DNA of 62,436 bases, counting the filler, from Anaerolineae bacterium (GTDB taxonomy: Bacteria > Chloroflexota > Anaerolineae > Epilineales > Epilineaceae): NCBI GenBank assembly GCA_029262755.1. It is 8 parts of 8 records of this genome, joined end to end, with 100 filler letters (N's around TTAATTAATTAA, not from the genome) between each part and the next. Parts side by side here need not be neighbours in the genome. Positions count along the whole stretch, not along the records: positions 17,594 to 29,221 come from JAJCYU010000012.1; 7 more parts are not named here. One strand, given 5' to 3'. Below, piece by piece: positions 18,585-29,321 of the stretch. Position 1 is the first letter of the stretch, and each line of letters begins with the position of its first letter. The position numbers and the translations under genes were made by a program. A model generated the notes under the pieces. That model saw only the letters and a list, made by a program, of their open reading frames with translations. It did no database searches and was not told where the DNA came from.

Positions 18585-20320
18585 TACTCCACCTCCACGG
18601 TGCTGTTGGCGGCCAATTCCGTGATCTCGACCACGCCGCCGCCGGGGTAGGTCACCCGCAGCAGGACGGGCGGATCGTTATCCCAGAGGCCGAAGGTCAG
18701 GTCGGACGAAAGGTCGGACATCAAGCCCTGATTGTGAAAGCGTTGCTTGCCGATCGTGCGGCCGCTGCGCGTCGTCACCTCGACGTGCGCCCCGATGGCG
18801 GCGGGCGTGTTGGGCAGGCGCACCTTGAGGTAATCGTGCGGCACGCCCTCGTTGAGTAGCGCCTTGTGCTCGTCCGCCTGGTTGATGTAGGCCAGGTCGG
18901 GTGCGCCGTCGCCGTTCCAGTCGATGTCCACAGGGGTGCCGCCGTAGGCCGGATTCTCGGCCTTGGCCTCCTCGGTGACCAGCCGGAACGCGCCCTCCGA
19001 CGTGCGAAGCAACAAGCGGCCCGGGCTCTTGCGCAGCCGGTGAGCCGGCCACTTCAAGTAGTTCTCCACCACGGAGAGATCAGGCAGCCCGTCGAGGTTC
19101 CAGTCCGCGAAGGCCGCGCCCCAAGCGAAGGGATACTCGTGCAGGTTCTCGTCTACGGTCGCGTCCGTGAAGTGCAGATCGCCCTCGTTGCGCAGCAGCA
19201 GCCACTCCATCGAGACCGTCTGGTCGTCGCGCAGGTCGCCGCGCAGGAGGCGGTTGGGAATCGAGGTTCCGACGTTGGAGAAGAAGAGGTCGATATCACC
19301 GTCCGCATCGTAGTCGTCGGCCGCGAAGCCCATCCAAAAGCCATTGTCGGACGCGGTGGGCAAGGCCGCGAAGGTGCCGTCGCCGCGATTGTCGAACAGC
19401 GCCACGGTGCCCGTGTTCTGCGCAACGGCCAGCTCGGCGTCCCCGTCGCCGTCGAGGTCGAGGAAGGAGGCGTGGAAGCTGTTCTGATCGACCAGCGCGC
19501 CGGAGTCCGCCGTCGCATCGGTGAACCCTCCCGCACCATCGCCCACGAGCAGCACGTTGGCCTTGGCGTGCTCTTCATTGTTGAACTGTGCGGCCACGAA
19601 GCGCTCGTTGTCGATGAAGGTGCTGACGTACAAGTCCAGATCGCCATCGCCCTCGATGTCGGCGCCGGCCACCGCGACGGGCACCGTGTCCGGCTCCAGC
19701 GACAAGGGAATCTCGGACGCCGTGAACACACCCGCGCCATCGTTTTCGTAGCGGCTGAGCCCGGTCTCACGCGCGACGTACAGATCGTCGTCGCCGTCCT
19801 CGTCATCGTCGATCACGAGCACGCCGTAGGTGGCCGCTTGGTCGGAGAGCCCCGTGCCGTCGATGACGTCCACGAGGCTGCTGTCGACGTAGCGCCACAG
19901 CGCGTCCGCCTGGTCTTGGCTACCGCCCACGAACAGCTCGTCCAACCCGTCGCCGTCCACGTCGATCACGCCTGCGCCGACGAAGGGGAAGACGGTGTCG
20001 TCCTCCCATTCGTGCTCCGCGTCCCAATCGAGCTCGCGGAAGGTCGGCACGACAAAGGCCCGCTCGGACTCCGGCAGCGGCGCATCGTCCGCCTCCGCCC
20101 CAGAACCGTCCGAGTCATCCGCGCCGCTCGCGCCTTCCTGCGCGTCATCCGCCGCGGCGTCCTCGCCGTCGCCGGCGTCTCCCGCGTCCCCGGCACCAGC
20201 TCCCGCTCCGTTCTCCTCCGCCCGATCCACCCCGACGGGCGCATCGGCGTCGTCGGCGGGCGAGCACGCGGAAACCAGGAGCAGGGTCAGGCAGAGCAGC
20301 AGACGGGCTAGGGTACGCAT
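18584..20320 (-). CDS. CRTAC1-like lipoprotein (FG-GAP/VCBS repeats plus ASPIC/UnbV)
   Basis: Lipobox LVSAC, repeated DxDGDGxxDL motifs, C-terminal AIGAHVEV...LTFGL. Confidence 0.85.
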   Translation of the reverse strand: MRTLARLLLCLTLLLVSACSPADDADAPVGVDRAEENGAGAGAGDAGDAGDGEDAAADDAQEGASGADDSDGSGAEADDAPLPESERAFVVPTFRELDWDAEHEWEDDTVFPFVGAGVIDVDGDGLDELFVGGSQDQADALWRYVDSSLVDVIDGTGLSDQAATYGVLVIDDDEDGDDDLYVARETGLSRYENDGAGVFTASEIPLSLEPDTVPVAVAGADIEGDGDLDLYVSTFIDNERFVAAQFNNEEHAKANVLLVGDGAGGFTDATADSGALVDQNSFHASFLDLDGDGDAELAVAQNTGTVALFDNRGDGTFAALPTASDNGFWMGFAADDYDADGDIDLFFSNVGTSIPNRLLRGDLRDDQTVSMEWLLLRNEGDLHFTDATVDENLHEYPFAWGAAFADWNLDGLPDLSVVENYLKWPAHRLRKSPGRLLLRTSEGAFRLVTEEAKAENPAYGGTPVDIDWNGDGAPDLAYINQADEHKALLNEGVPHDYLKVRLPNTPAAIGAHVEVTTRSGRTIGKQRFHNQGLMSDLSSDLTFGLWDNDPPVLLRVTYPGGGVVEITELAANSTVEVE

Positions 20321-20562
20321 CGGAGCCTCCATCGACGGTTGCGGATTGGACGGATATTGGTCGGCGCGGTTTGCGGTGGCTGGTGCCGGGTCAAACGCTT
20401 CCTGGACGTAGAGGGTGACCGAGTTGCGCGGCCTCGTGGCCCTCGGCGTACTCATGCAGTCGAGCGAACGTTGTTCGTTCGGGCTGCGAGCCATCCTTGC
20501 GGCCCCATGGGCCCCTACGTTGCGGCCCCATGCTCCCCTACCTTGCTGCCCGCTCCCCGCGC

Positions 20563-21027
20563 TCAGCCGAGCCCAAGCCGACGGTTCAAGCCGCCGATCA
20601 CGTATCGCCAAACCAGACCGTATAGCAGGGGCGCAAGGATCAACGTCGCATAGCGCCACGGGCCTTGCCATTGGAAGAGTCGCCCGGGAACGTCTTCGAC
20701 GAACGTGCCGTAGAGGGTGAGGCCGAGACCAAAGATCATACCGGCCACCCAGAGACGCGCCCCACGCGATCCGCCCGGCAAGCGCCGACCCCACCGCACG
20801 AACGCTACGTTGGCAAGCCCAAACACGGCAGGCAAAAACAAGGGGACGAGCCCGTACGCAAGCTCCGGCTCCGGATGGATGTGATACGCGACACCCAGGT
20901 AGGCGAACGGCACGATGACCACCGGGTAGGCCGAGCCGGCCACAAAGGCCACCACGTCGCCATCGGCCGACGATGCGGCGCGATGCGCGGGCGGGTCGAG
21001 CGGCGGTCGGACCGTCGGTGATGGCAT
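20563..21027 (-). CDS. Small membrane protein (about 4 TM)
   Basis: Four hydrophobic segments; co-oriented with the downstream genes. Confidence 0.6.
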   Translation of the reverse strand: MPSPTVRPPLDPPAHRAASSADGDVVAFVAGSAYPVVIVPFAYLGVAYHIHPEPELAYGLVPLFLPAVFGLANVAFVRWGRRLPGGSRGARLWVAGMIFGLGLTLYGTFVEDVPGRLFQWQGPWRYATLILAPLLYGLVWRYVIGGLNRRLGLG

Positions 21028-21157
21028 GGCCGGAGTATAGCCCCTTCATGGTCGGCCGATAGCCCGATCCGCGCCCCGCTATGCCACCGCCCGACTGCCA
21101 TCGACCCCATTCGATCGGCTACCATCGGCGCAGCGCCCGTCGGTTTCTCGGTCGCCC

Positions 21158-22024
21158 GTGCCTCCGGAGCTACCCGTGCCCTATCGCCTCCCCATCCTGG
21201 CCGCCACCCGCTACGTCGTGCCCCTGCGCGAAGGCGGCTCCATGCCCGCCGTCGTCGAGACGGAAGACGACGGCCTGCTCTACGTCACGAAGTTGCGCGG
21301 CGCCGGGCAGGGAACGCGCGCTCTCGTAGCCGAGCTTGTCATCGGCCTGATCGCGCGGCGGCTGGGGCTACCCGTGCCGGCGCTGGCCCTCATCGCGCTC
21401 GACGAGCACCTCGGCCGCAACGAGGGTGATCCGGAGATCCTGGCCCTGCTACGTGCCAGCCACGGGCTGAACGTCGGGATGCGCTATCTGGACGGCGCCT
21501 TCAACTACGATCCGCTGGCCGCGGCGGATCGGATCGATCCGGAGCTCGCCGCCGCGATCGTCTGGCTCGATGCATTGACCACCAACGTCGACCGGACGCC
21601 GCGCAACCCGAACCTGATGATCTGGCGCGGCCGCCCGTGGCTCATCGATCACGGCGCGGCGCTGTTCGTGCACCAGGTCTACAACGAAGCCGATCCCGCC
21701 AAGGCCACCGAGCCCTTCGCGCGGATCGCCGACCACGTGCTGCTGCCGCTCGCCGGCGATCTGGACGCGGCGGACGAACGCCTGGCCGCACGCCTGGACG
21801 TCGACGTGCTCGGCCATATCGTCGCCGCCGTGCCCAACTCGATCCTATTGCCGGACGATGACCGTGCTCCGGCGCCGTTCGCGAGCGCGGACGATGCGCG
21901 CGCCGCGATCGTCCGTTGGTTCCGCGCGCGCCTCGCGGGCCCGCGCGCCTTCGCGGCGACGGCCGTGGAGTCCGCGAATGCGATACGCGATGGATCCGAC
22001 GTAGCGTTGGGCTACCGCCGGTGA
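21158..22024 (+). CDS. HipA-like kinase
   Basis: LREGGSMPAVV, YVTKLRGAGQG, NVDRTPRNPNL, LIDHGAAL. Confidence 0.85.
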   Translation: MPPELPVPYRLPILAATRYVVPLREGGSMPAVVETEDDGLLYVTKLRGAGQGTRALVAELVIGLIARRLGLPVPALALIALDEHLGRNEGDPEILALLRASHGLNVGMRYLDGAFNYDPLAAADRIDPELAAAIVWLDALTTNVDRTPRNPNLMIWRGRPWLIDHGAALFVHQVYNEADPAKATEPFARIADHVLLPLAGDLDAADERLAARLDVDVLGHIVAAVPNSILLPDDDRAPAPFASADDARAAIVRWFRARLAGPRAFAATAVESANAIRDGSDVALGYRR

Positions 22025-22530
22025 GCCGCCAATCGGGGACGCCGCACGGGGATCGCGACGTTGGCCGCGCCACGTCCGCGACGTCTCGCGCAACCAAGCC
22101 TCCGGTCGATCCAGCGCCATGGATCGCGTACGAGTACGCCTTTTTGCGCGTCGTGCCGCGGGCTCATCGTTCCGAACACGTGGCGGTGGGCGTCGTGCTC
22201 TTCGCACGCACCGTTGATTTCCTGGAGCTGCGCACGCGCTTGGACCTCGAGGCCCTGGCCGCCCGCTGGCCCTACCTCGATCGGGAGATGCTCGACCTGC
22301 GATTAGAGGCCTGCCGCCTGGTTGGCGCCGGCGGTGCGAGCGCCGGCCCGATCGGGCGTCTGCCGGCCTCGGAGCGCTTCCACTGGCTCACCACCCCGCG
22401 CTCGGCGGTCGTGCGCGCCTCGCCCGTGCACGGCGGGCTGACGACGGACCCGGCGGCCACATTGGCCAGGCTCATGCGTGACCTACCCGTCTCGGAAGCA
22501 CCGGTGGCGGATCGAGCCGGCCGGCCGTAG
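22021..22530 (+). CDS. DUF3037-domain protein
   Basis: YEYAFLRVVP...VGVVL...ERFHWLTTPRS...VHGG; GTGA overlap with the kinase stop. Confidence 0.85.
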   Translation: MSRQSGTPHGDRDVGRATSATSRATKPPVDPAPWIAYEYAFLRVVPRAHRSEHVAVGVVLFARTVDFLELRTRLDLEALAARWPYLDREMLDLRLEACRLVGAGGASAGPIGRLPASERFHWLTTPRSAVVRASPVHGGLTTDPAATLARLMRDLPVSEAPVADRAGRP

Positions 22531-22585
22531 CTCGACCTCGCTTAATTTCTAGCCAAGACCAGACCGTGCGCGCAACTCGGAAATC

Positions 22586-24949
22586 CTATTGCTTCTGAAT
22601 CTCAGAGCCCGGCTCCGCGGACGTCGTGCCGGAGGTGGCCTGTGCCGCGTTGGTGAGGGGATCGGGCGGTACCGAGCGCGGGTAGAAGACCAAGAGCGCG
22701 ACGCAGAGCATGACGCTCAGGTACACCGGCCAATACAACAAGCGCGGGAGGGATTCCTCGTGCGTGAACCAGGGTAAATCCAGGTCGCTGTAGATCAGAA
22801 GCGCGCTGACGCTCGATAGCAGCAACTGCATGTAGAGCATCAGATAGAAGGTCTCGAGGAAGACGACACCCCCGAATTGAAGCTCCCCGCGCAGGCTGAC
22901 GTGGCTGATGACCGCCACGAAGAAGAGCGCAGCCGCGTAGGTCAGGACGTTGTAGCTCGTCTCGGCGTGCACCAGAAGAACGGCGAACATGAAGCCCAGC
23001 ACGATGATGATCGTCACCCCATGCGCGATCAGCGGCGAGACGTACTCGCGGCGAATACCGACCGTATAGGCCAGCTGCGGCGTCAGGTCCCGCTGCTCGG
23101 CCGCAAGAACGCTGCCGAAGTTGGCGTTGAAACGCTGCGCTTCGAAGCTGAAGTAACTGTGCGTGATCGACCATCCTTCGACGTGCAGATCGTCGGCGAG
23201 GCCGGGTTGCTTCAAGGGCGCGGCGAAGGGGTAGCCGGCCAGGTCGGGCACGAGCATGAGCCCGCGTATCTCGTGCCCGTTTTCCGCCTCCGTGGCCTCC
23301 TCCACAACGGCCTCCTCTGCGGAAACTGCCTCGCCATCGGCGTCCTCCTCCAGGGCGACATCCTCGCCATCCCCTTCCTCCACCGCATGGAAGCCCGGTC
23401 CGAGGCTCAGCGGCCACAGCTCCACGCGGATCCACTGTTGATCCATCGGATAGGCCACGACATCCAAGTCTTGCCGCAGGGCGACCCGGAAGTTGAAGCC
23501 GACCACCTCGTGGTCCTCCTCTTCGAAACGGTAGATCTCCTCGAGGTACACGCCCTCCGGGTCCAACGCGTCGGCGAAGATCACGCCCCGCGCGTAGTCC
23601 TCCGGCAGGCCGAGTGGATATTTTTGCCACAGGACGCCGGCGACATGGACTTGGTTGACCTCCGGGATCTTCAAGCTCTTGACAACCAGTCCCGTAGGAA
23701 TCTTGGTCGGCACGTCGTGCTGTCTCTCGCTCAGGGCGCTGTCGACTTCCCCGACGATCGCGCCGACCTGGGCCGCCTCGAGCAGCGGCACCTCGTCCGC
23801 CTCGTAGAGCCGAAGCGTGTCGCGGACCACGAACACGACCCAGATCAACCCGAGCATCAACGCGGCAGACGAGGCGATCGACCTCGTCCACACGATCCGC
23901 ATTTGCCTTCCCATGACACCGTAGCGGCGCAATATCAGGTTGAGTGCGAAAAGGCCGGCGAAGAGAAAGAGCGTCATCCACGCCAGACCGAGGTGAATGC
24001 GACGCCGGATCTGCATTTGGGGCGGTGCGGGATACAGGTCCTGGTCGATGACGCTCGCGACAAACCACGTGCCGGAGGACTCCGGCTCGTAGATCAACCA
24101 GGCGAGCTCTCCGGTTTCGGCGTCCGCCTGGACCCGCGAAAAGGCGCTTCCTTCCTCGAGATCCGCCGCGTCTTCCAGCCACGCAGGCTCGCCCTCCTCC
24201 GCCGCCAACTCGCGCACGTTGCGGCCAGCGAACAACGGGTTGGGATGGTCGGCAACCACCCCTGCGCTCGTTAGCAGGTAGGTGTATCCTCGCTCGCCCA
24301 GCACGCCCGCGGCCGAAAAATCGGTCAGCGTCGACACCGAGCGACGGAGGAATACCGCTCCCTCAAGCCCCGAGTACGAGACGTAGGGCGCAGCGAACTC
24401 CGTGACCAACGCGCCCGCCGCCTCTTCCCAATGAGGGACGCTCCAAACCGGCTCCCCGGCATCGACCGCGGCGCGAATCAACGCGTTGATCTGGTCGGGG
24501 TCCGCGGGTTCGGTGGCCACCTCGCTAAGCGGGACGACCTGTCCCTCGGCATCCCGGCCGAACACGAACGCCGTGGGCGTCTCGTCGTCGGCGTTCTCAG
24601 CAAGGCTCCCGTAGCCCATGGCGAGAACCCCGTCGTTGCGCTCCATCTCGCGACGGATGCGCGCCTCGTGCAGTGAAGGCGGCACTCGCGCGCGCCCGAG
24701 GTCGCGCGTCAACGCCCGCACCTCGCCCTCCGCCTCACGCAGTCGCCCGTCGAGGATGGCGACGGCGTCGGACGTGAAGTGCTCCGCGAAGGTCAGCGAC
24801 GCATCGAGTCGCTCGGTGCGGTCCTCCGCCATCCCCAGATGCAGCCAGAGAACGACGAGACCGGCTAGCAGCGTCGCGATCGGCAACAACCACGTACGCC
24901 TGAAACCGCGTCCGCGAACTCCCTGTTCCTTCCCCTGTCTTCGCTTCAT
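22586..24949 (-). CDS. Cache-domain-fused pentameric ligand-gated ion channel (Pro-loop) homolog
   Basis: TM + dCache (PVWSVPHW, GERGYTYLL...HPN) + 2 TM + channel ectodomain (IPTGL, GVLWQKY, LRQDLDVVAYPMDQQ, VGIRR) + 4 C-terminal TM helices. Confidence 0.72.
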   Translation of the reverse strand: MKRRQGKEQGVRGRGFRRTWLLPIATLLAGLVVLWLHLGMAEDRTERLDASLTFAEHFTSDAVAILDGRLREAEGEVRALTRDLGRARVPPSLHEARIRREMERNDGVLAMGYGSLAENADDETPTAFVFGRDAEGQVVPLSEVATEPADPDQINALIRAAVDAGEPVWSVPHWEEAAGALVTEFAAPYVSYSGLEGAVFLRRSVSTLTDFSAAGVLGERGYTYLLTSAGVVADHPNPLFAGRNVRELAAEEGEPAWLEDAADLEEGSAFSRVQADAETGELAWLIYEPESSGTWFVASVIDQDLYPAPPQMQIRRRIHLGLAWMTLFLFAGLFALNLILRRYGVMGRQMRIVWTRSIASSAALMLGLIWVVFVVRDTLRLYEADEVPLLEAAQVGAIVGEVDSALSERQHDVPTKIPTGLVVKSLKIPEVNQVHVAGVLWQKYPLGLPEDYARGVIFADALDPEGVYLEEIYRFEEEDHEVVGFNFRVALRQDLDVVAYPMDQQWIRVELWPLSLGPGFHAVEEGDGEDVALEEDADGEAVSAEEAVVEEATEAENGHEIRGLMLVPDLAGYPFAAPLKQPGLADDLHVEGWSITHSYFSFEAQRFNANFGSVLAAEQRDLTPQLAYTVGIRREYVSPLIAHGVTIIIVLGFMFAVLLVHAETSYNVLTYAAALFFVAVISHVSLRGELQFGGVVFLETFYLMLYMQLLLSSVSALLIYSDLDLPWFTHEESLPRLLYWPVYLSVMLCVALLVFYPRSVPPDPLTNAAQATSGTTSAEPGSEIQKQ

Positions 24950-24984
24950 CGTTGGCCTCGGTCCATGGGTAGCCTGGTTGCTGC

Positions 24985-25998
24985 CTACAGCGCCGGGCGC
25001 TCCTCGGCAACGACGATCACAAAGTCGTCCGCCCGCATCACATACTCGCTGCTGGGATTGACGCGCTGCCGCTCGTCGTCCCGGTACGTGGCGATTGCGA
25101 TACCCAGATTGCGCCGCTTGATCTCCGTGAACACGTCGAGGAACGTACGCCCGACCATCGAGGGCGGAACGGCGACCTTGTACAGCTCGCTGCCGTCGCC
25201 GGAGCGCAGGATCTCCGTCGTCACCCTTCCCAGTCCATGGTTGAGGGCAGTGCGCGCGATCAGACCGCTGCTCAGCTCGCCGACGACGATGATCTCGTCG
25301 GCATTCGCCCTTCGGCAGTGGACGATGTTCTCACGCTTGGAGAGCTCCACGATGCTGTAGGCCTTGGGGTTCAAGGTCTCGACCGCGAGCACGGCGAGCA
25401 CGGCTTTCGCATCACGCGCCGTCGGAGACAGGCGCGAGTCGCCCATGATCACCACGGTCTTGGCCGTCCCGATGCTGGCCTTGCCGAGGGTCTCGTCGCT
25501 GACGTCGCCCTGGACGAAGTGCAGGTTGTCGTCCTTGACCGGCTTCCGCTCGATGTCCGCGATCAGCACGATCGGCGTCTCGGCGGTATGCGGGTCGGCG
25601 CGTAGGTCGCGCAGCACCCCGCGGGTCTGGTAGTTCCACTCACATAGGATCATGTGGTCGCGTACGCTTCGAATCGACATGCCGAGGTCATCCTTGATCT
25701 TGCGGTCGACCAGCACGCTGGCGATCGTGGCGCTGAACGCCGCCAGGATGCCGATGCCGGAAAACATGAGCACGAGGGCCACCACGCGCCCCGCCGGGGT
25801 CACGGGCGAGATGTCGCCGTAGCCCACGGTCGTGAGCGTCACGATGCTCCACCAGGCCGCGTCCAAAAGCCCGATCTCCGGCTCGACCAACGCGATCGCG
25901 CCGGCGCTGAGCACGATGAGCCCCAGGATCAGCCCGATCAGCCGGTCCAGGTTCTCTCGTTGTACGAACCGCCAAACGTCATCCAGCCAGTGCAGCAC
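24985..25998 (-). CDS. 2-TM potassium channel with RCK (TrkA-N/C) domains
   Basis: WWSIVTLTTVGYGDISP selectivity filter, FVQGD, ANADEII. Confidence 0.92.
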   Translation of the reverse strand: MLHWLDDVWRFVQRENLDRLIGLILGLIVLSAGAIALVEPEIGLLDAAWWSIVTLTTVGYGDISPVTPAGRVVALVLMFSGIGILAAFSATIASVLVDRKIKDDLGMSIRSVRDHMILCEWNYQTRGVLRDLRADPHTAETPIVLIADIERKPVKDDNLHFVQGDVSDETLGKASIGTAKTVVIMGDSRLSPTARDAKAVLAVLAVETLNPKAYSIVELSKRENIVHCRRANADEIIVVGELSSGLIARTALNHGLGRVTTEILRSGDGSELYKVAVPPSMVGRTFLDVFTEIKRRNLGIAIATYRDDERQRVNPSSEYVMRADDFVIVVAEERPAL

Positions 25999-26051
25999 GA
26001 AATGTCTCCCCGGTAGGTATTCCCCGTTTCACTACGACTGCGTCCCATCGC

Positions 26052-26657
26052 TCAACCGGAATCGCCCGCCTTGGGCGTCGCCGCCCCCCGATCACGCAGA
26101 CGGTCGGCCATCGTCGAACGCGAGATGTCCGAACCGTGGTCCCCGTCTTCGTGCGACCACTTGAGTGCCAGCGCAATCAAGGCGATACCACCGCCCATGT
26201 AGAGGATGTCGATACCCTCCTTCGATTCGACGTTCACCACGCTCTTGAGGAAGGTGATGATCATGATCATCAGCACCACCTTGCCCAGGACGCTCTTCAG
26301 CTCGTCCAAGGAGGAGAAGACCAGCCAGTCGGGCCGAATGTCCGACTGTTCCTCGGCCACGTCGATGCGCGAGATGAACAGGTCGTAGATGCCGAGCCCG
26401 AAGATCAGCATGGCCGTGGCGAGCAGGATGTCGTCGACAGCTACGACGGCGGTAAGGAGCATGTCGGCGTAGATGTCGTGCAGGTGAAGGGGGCCATGAT
26501 CAATCCACTGCACGATGAATTTCTGCGCCAGGTGCAGCATCTCCAAGAAGCCGACCAACAAAAAGATCAACGAGCCGAGCAATAGCCCGCTAACAGCCAA
26601 GAGCAACACATAGCGAAAGTTCCACAGGAAGCGCTCGATCAGCCTCTCCCCGAACAT
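26052..26657 (-). CDS. YqhA/UPF0114-family membrane protein
   Basis: VDDILLATAMLIFGLGIYDLFISRID, WLVFSSLDELKSVLGKVV. Confidence 0.85.
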   Translation of the reverse strand: MFGERLIERFLWNFRYVLLLAVSGLLLGSLIFLLVGFLEMLHLAQKFIVQWIDHGPLHLHDIYADMLLTAVVAVDDILLATAMLIFGLGIYDLFISRIDVAEEQSDIRPDWLVFSSLDELKSVLGKVVLMIMIITFLKSVVNVESKEGIDILYMGGGIALIALALKWSHEDGDHGSDISRSTMADRLRDRGAATPKAGDSG

Positions 26658-27131
26658 GGGCGTTCTCCTCGGTCGATGGGCATGACGAACGGGCAGCCGA
26701 AGGCATCGGCCACCATCGCGCCCCGAGGCGCGCGCGCACATGCATGGATTTTGGCAAAACGTCCGAGCCGTTGCCGGGCTCGAGCGATCGGAGCACGCAT
26801 CGCGGTCCCCCCCGCACGCGCGACCGCAAATAGTCTGTCCCCAAGACCGATCACGGCTCCTAATATCCCGCGCAGCCTATCCTACGTTTGGGGGAGCGCG
26901 CAAGGCGTGTTTCGGCGGCGACCAATCGGCCTTGCTGGAAGGCAAAACGCGATGCCTGCAGCAAAGATCGAATTGAACAGCCCATGGACCCTACAACCGG
27001 GGTTAATTGCCCTATAGGACGACGGGGACCTACTTCCAGACGACGGCGACCAAACCTACGCGAAGGATCCCCGAGGCGAGTCGCCCCCTTTCATCCACCC
27101 CCACCCCTCATCGCGACCGCAGGAGCGCCCC

Positions 27132-29222
27132 ATGCAGTCCCCACGTTGCCACCCGACTCCGCGTATCACGCCCCGATCATTCTGCGGAGCCGTGCCCTTC
27201 GCCGTGATTCTTGCGATGTGCCTGCTCGTCGCAGGACTACCGCCGTCCTCGTTGGACGGAGTACGTAGCGGCCCGGCGAATATCCACCACGTCCAGGCTC
27301 AGGGCATCGCTATCAGCCTGCCCGATGTGCAAACGGCCCTTGAGCCCCGCCCCTTCTCTGACGATCTTCTCGCCATGCGCACGCCGACGCGCATCGATGC
27401 TCCAACGCGCATCCTCGGCCAAGAGGGCTTCGGCGACACCCTGATCGAGCTCCAGAGCCTGCATTCGGACGGCATCGATGTCCAAGGCACGTTCTCCTCC
27501 AAGATCGACGGCAGCCGCTCCTCGGGATCGCGCTCCATCCCCCCCGGGGGCGCGACCACGTTGAGCCTGCGCCAGGTTGTCGGCCTGAGCCTCGGCTCCT
27601 ACGCCGCCCGGCTCACCGGTACGGGCGGCTTCGGCGCAGTGGCACGCACACGTTGGCAGAGCGGCGCGGCTTCGTCCTTCGTCGGCGTTCCCGCGGCAAC
27701 GGAGCTGCTGCTGCCGCTGATGATCGTGGACACCTTCGACCACACCGCGATCCTGTCGCTCATGAACGGTCACGAACAGGCCGGCAGCCAGGTGGATTTG
27801 CTCGTGCGCGAGAATGACACGGGCGCGAACCTGCTGGCCTTCGGCGCCAACCTCGAGCCCCTCGGCGCCACAACCTGGGATACGAAGGTCGAGACGATCC
27901 TCTTTGGCCGCAGCAACCTGCCGCGCGGAGCGACGGGCGGCTACATCGGCGCGCTGTGGGTCAAGGGCAGCCAACCCGTATCGCTCCTGGCCTACGGCGA
28001 CGAGAGCGCCGCCGGCGGCTCGAGCGCCATCGTCGCACGGCCGGTCGGCGATGCCCGCATGGTGCAGCACCTGCCGTTGATCCGACGTGGCGCGGACGGG
28101 ACGGGCGGCTCCCTGATCGGCATCGCGAACGCGGAGCGCAGCCCCTCCACCGGTTCGCTGCGCTACTACGCCGCCGACGGCAATCTCGTCGCCGAGCAAG
28201 CCCTCTCGCTGGCGCCCCAAGGCGCGATCTTCATCGATCTGACGGGCCGCGGCCGCGGCACGGAGCCCGCACCCGACCTGCCTGCCGGCTTCGAGGGCTC
28301 CGCGATCGTGACCCTGGACGTGCCGGCGCTCGCCGCGGTCCAGGACGAGGCGCTCGTGAACGGCAAGGTCGACGCGATCGCCGGCTACAACGCGCTGGGA
28401 CCCGACGAGCTCGGTACCACGATCGCGCTGCCCGTCGTGCGCCGTACCACGGATTTCGTCACGACGGACATCATCGTGACCAACGCGTCGGATGGCGCCA
28501 CCACAGCGCGCTTGTCGCTCTTCGACGGCAACGGCGCCGCCCTGCCCGGCCCGGCGCCGGAAGCCGTCATCCCGGCCTTCGGCAGCGCCGTCTTCGACCT
28601 ACGTGACGTGGACGCGTTCCCTTCCGGCACCGGCGGCGCCCACGTCGTCGCCGACCAAAGCATCGCGGTCGTTGCACGGGACGCGCGCGACGCCAGCACC
28701 GAGTATCCGCTGCCCATGCTGCAGATCGGGCTCTCCGACGAGCGCAACTCCGACGTCGAGGGCATGGCCAACGTACGCACGGTCGAGGGCAACCGCGGCA
28801 TCCGCGTTGACATGCAGCTCAGCTCCGGAACCAGCGGCACCTACGAAGCCTTCATCCAAGAGGGCACGTGCTCCAACGAGGAAGGCCGCCACGTGCACGA
28901 GCTCAGCGCCGTAACCGGCGGCCGCTCCTCCACGGTACTGCCCAACGCCGACCTGCTCGCCGTAGCGGACGGCGGGCACGCGATCCGGCTCACGCGGCAG
29001 GGCCGCATGGGCGCCGTCCGCGTGGCGTGCGGAATCATCCCGTGGATCCGCGGCGTCGAGATGGCCGATACGACCCTTTCGCGCGGCTTCGTCCTCGAGC
29101 GTCGGTCCGCCCCCCCGGTGGCCACCGCGACGGCCGCGCCGAGCGCAACGCCCACGCCGGGCATTCAACCGACGCAGCCGCCCGAGGCAACACCGCTGCC
29201 GCGCGGCGACTGGCTGTTGTTN
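27132..29222 (+). CDS. Large secreted protein with repeated beta-sandwich units and PT linker, 3' partial
   Basis: Signal peptide; three units starting LPxxxx...IxxxN; C-terminal module with IQEGTC...ACG; ATATAAPSATPTP linker. Confidence 0.7.
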
Positions 29223-29321
29223 NNNNNNNNNNNNNNNNNNNNNNNNNNNNNNNNNNNNNNNNNNNTTAATTAATTAANNNNNNNNNNNNNNNNNNNNNNN
29301 NNNNNNNNNNNNNNNNNNNNN

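Noticed and set aside
18584..21049. 821-aa version of the CRTAC1-like ORF
   Set aside because: The lipoprotein signal begins at 20320; the upstream extension overlaps another gene.
26740..27130. Possible c-di-GMP riboswitch (GGCAAAAC motifs)
   Set aside because: I could not find the GAAA tetraloop/receptor and paired-stem architecture.
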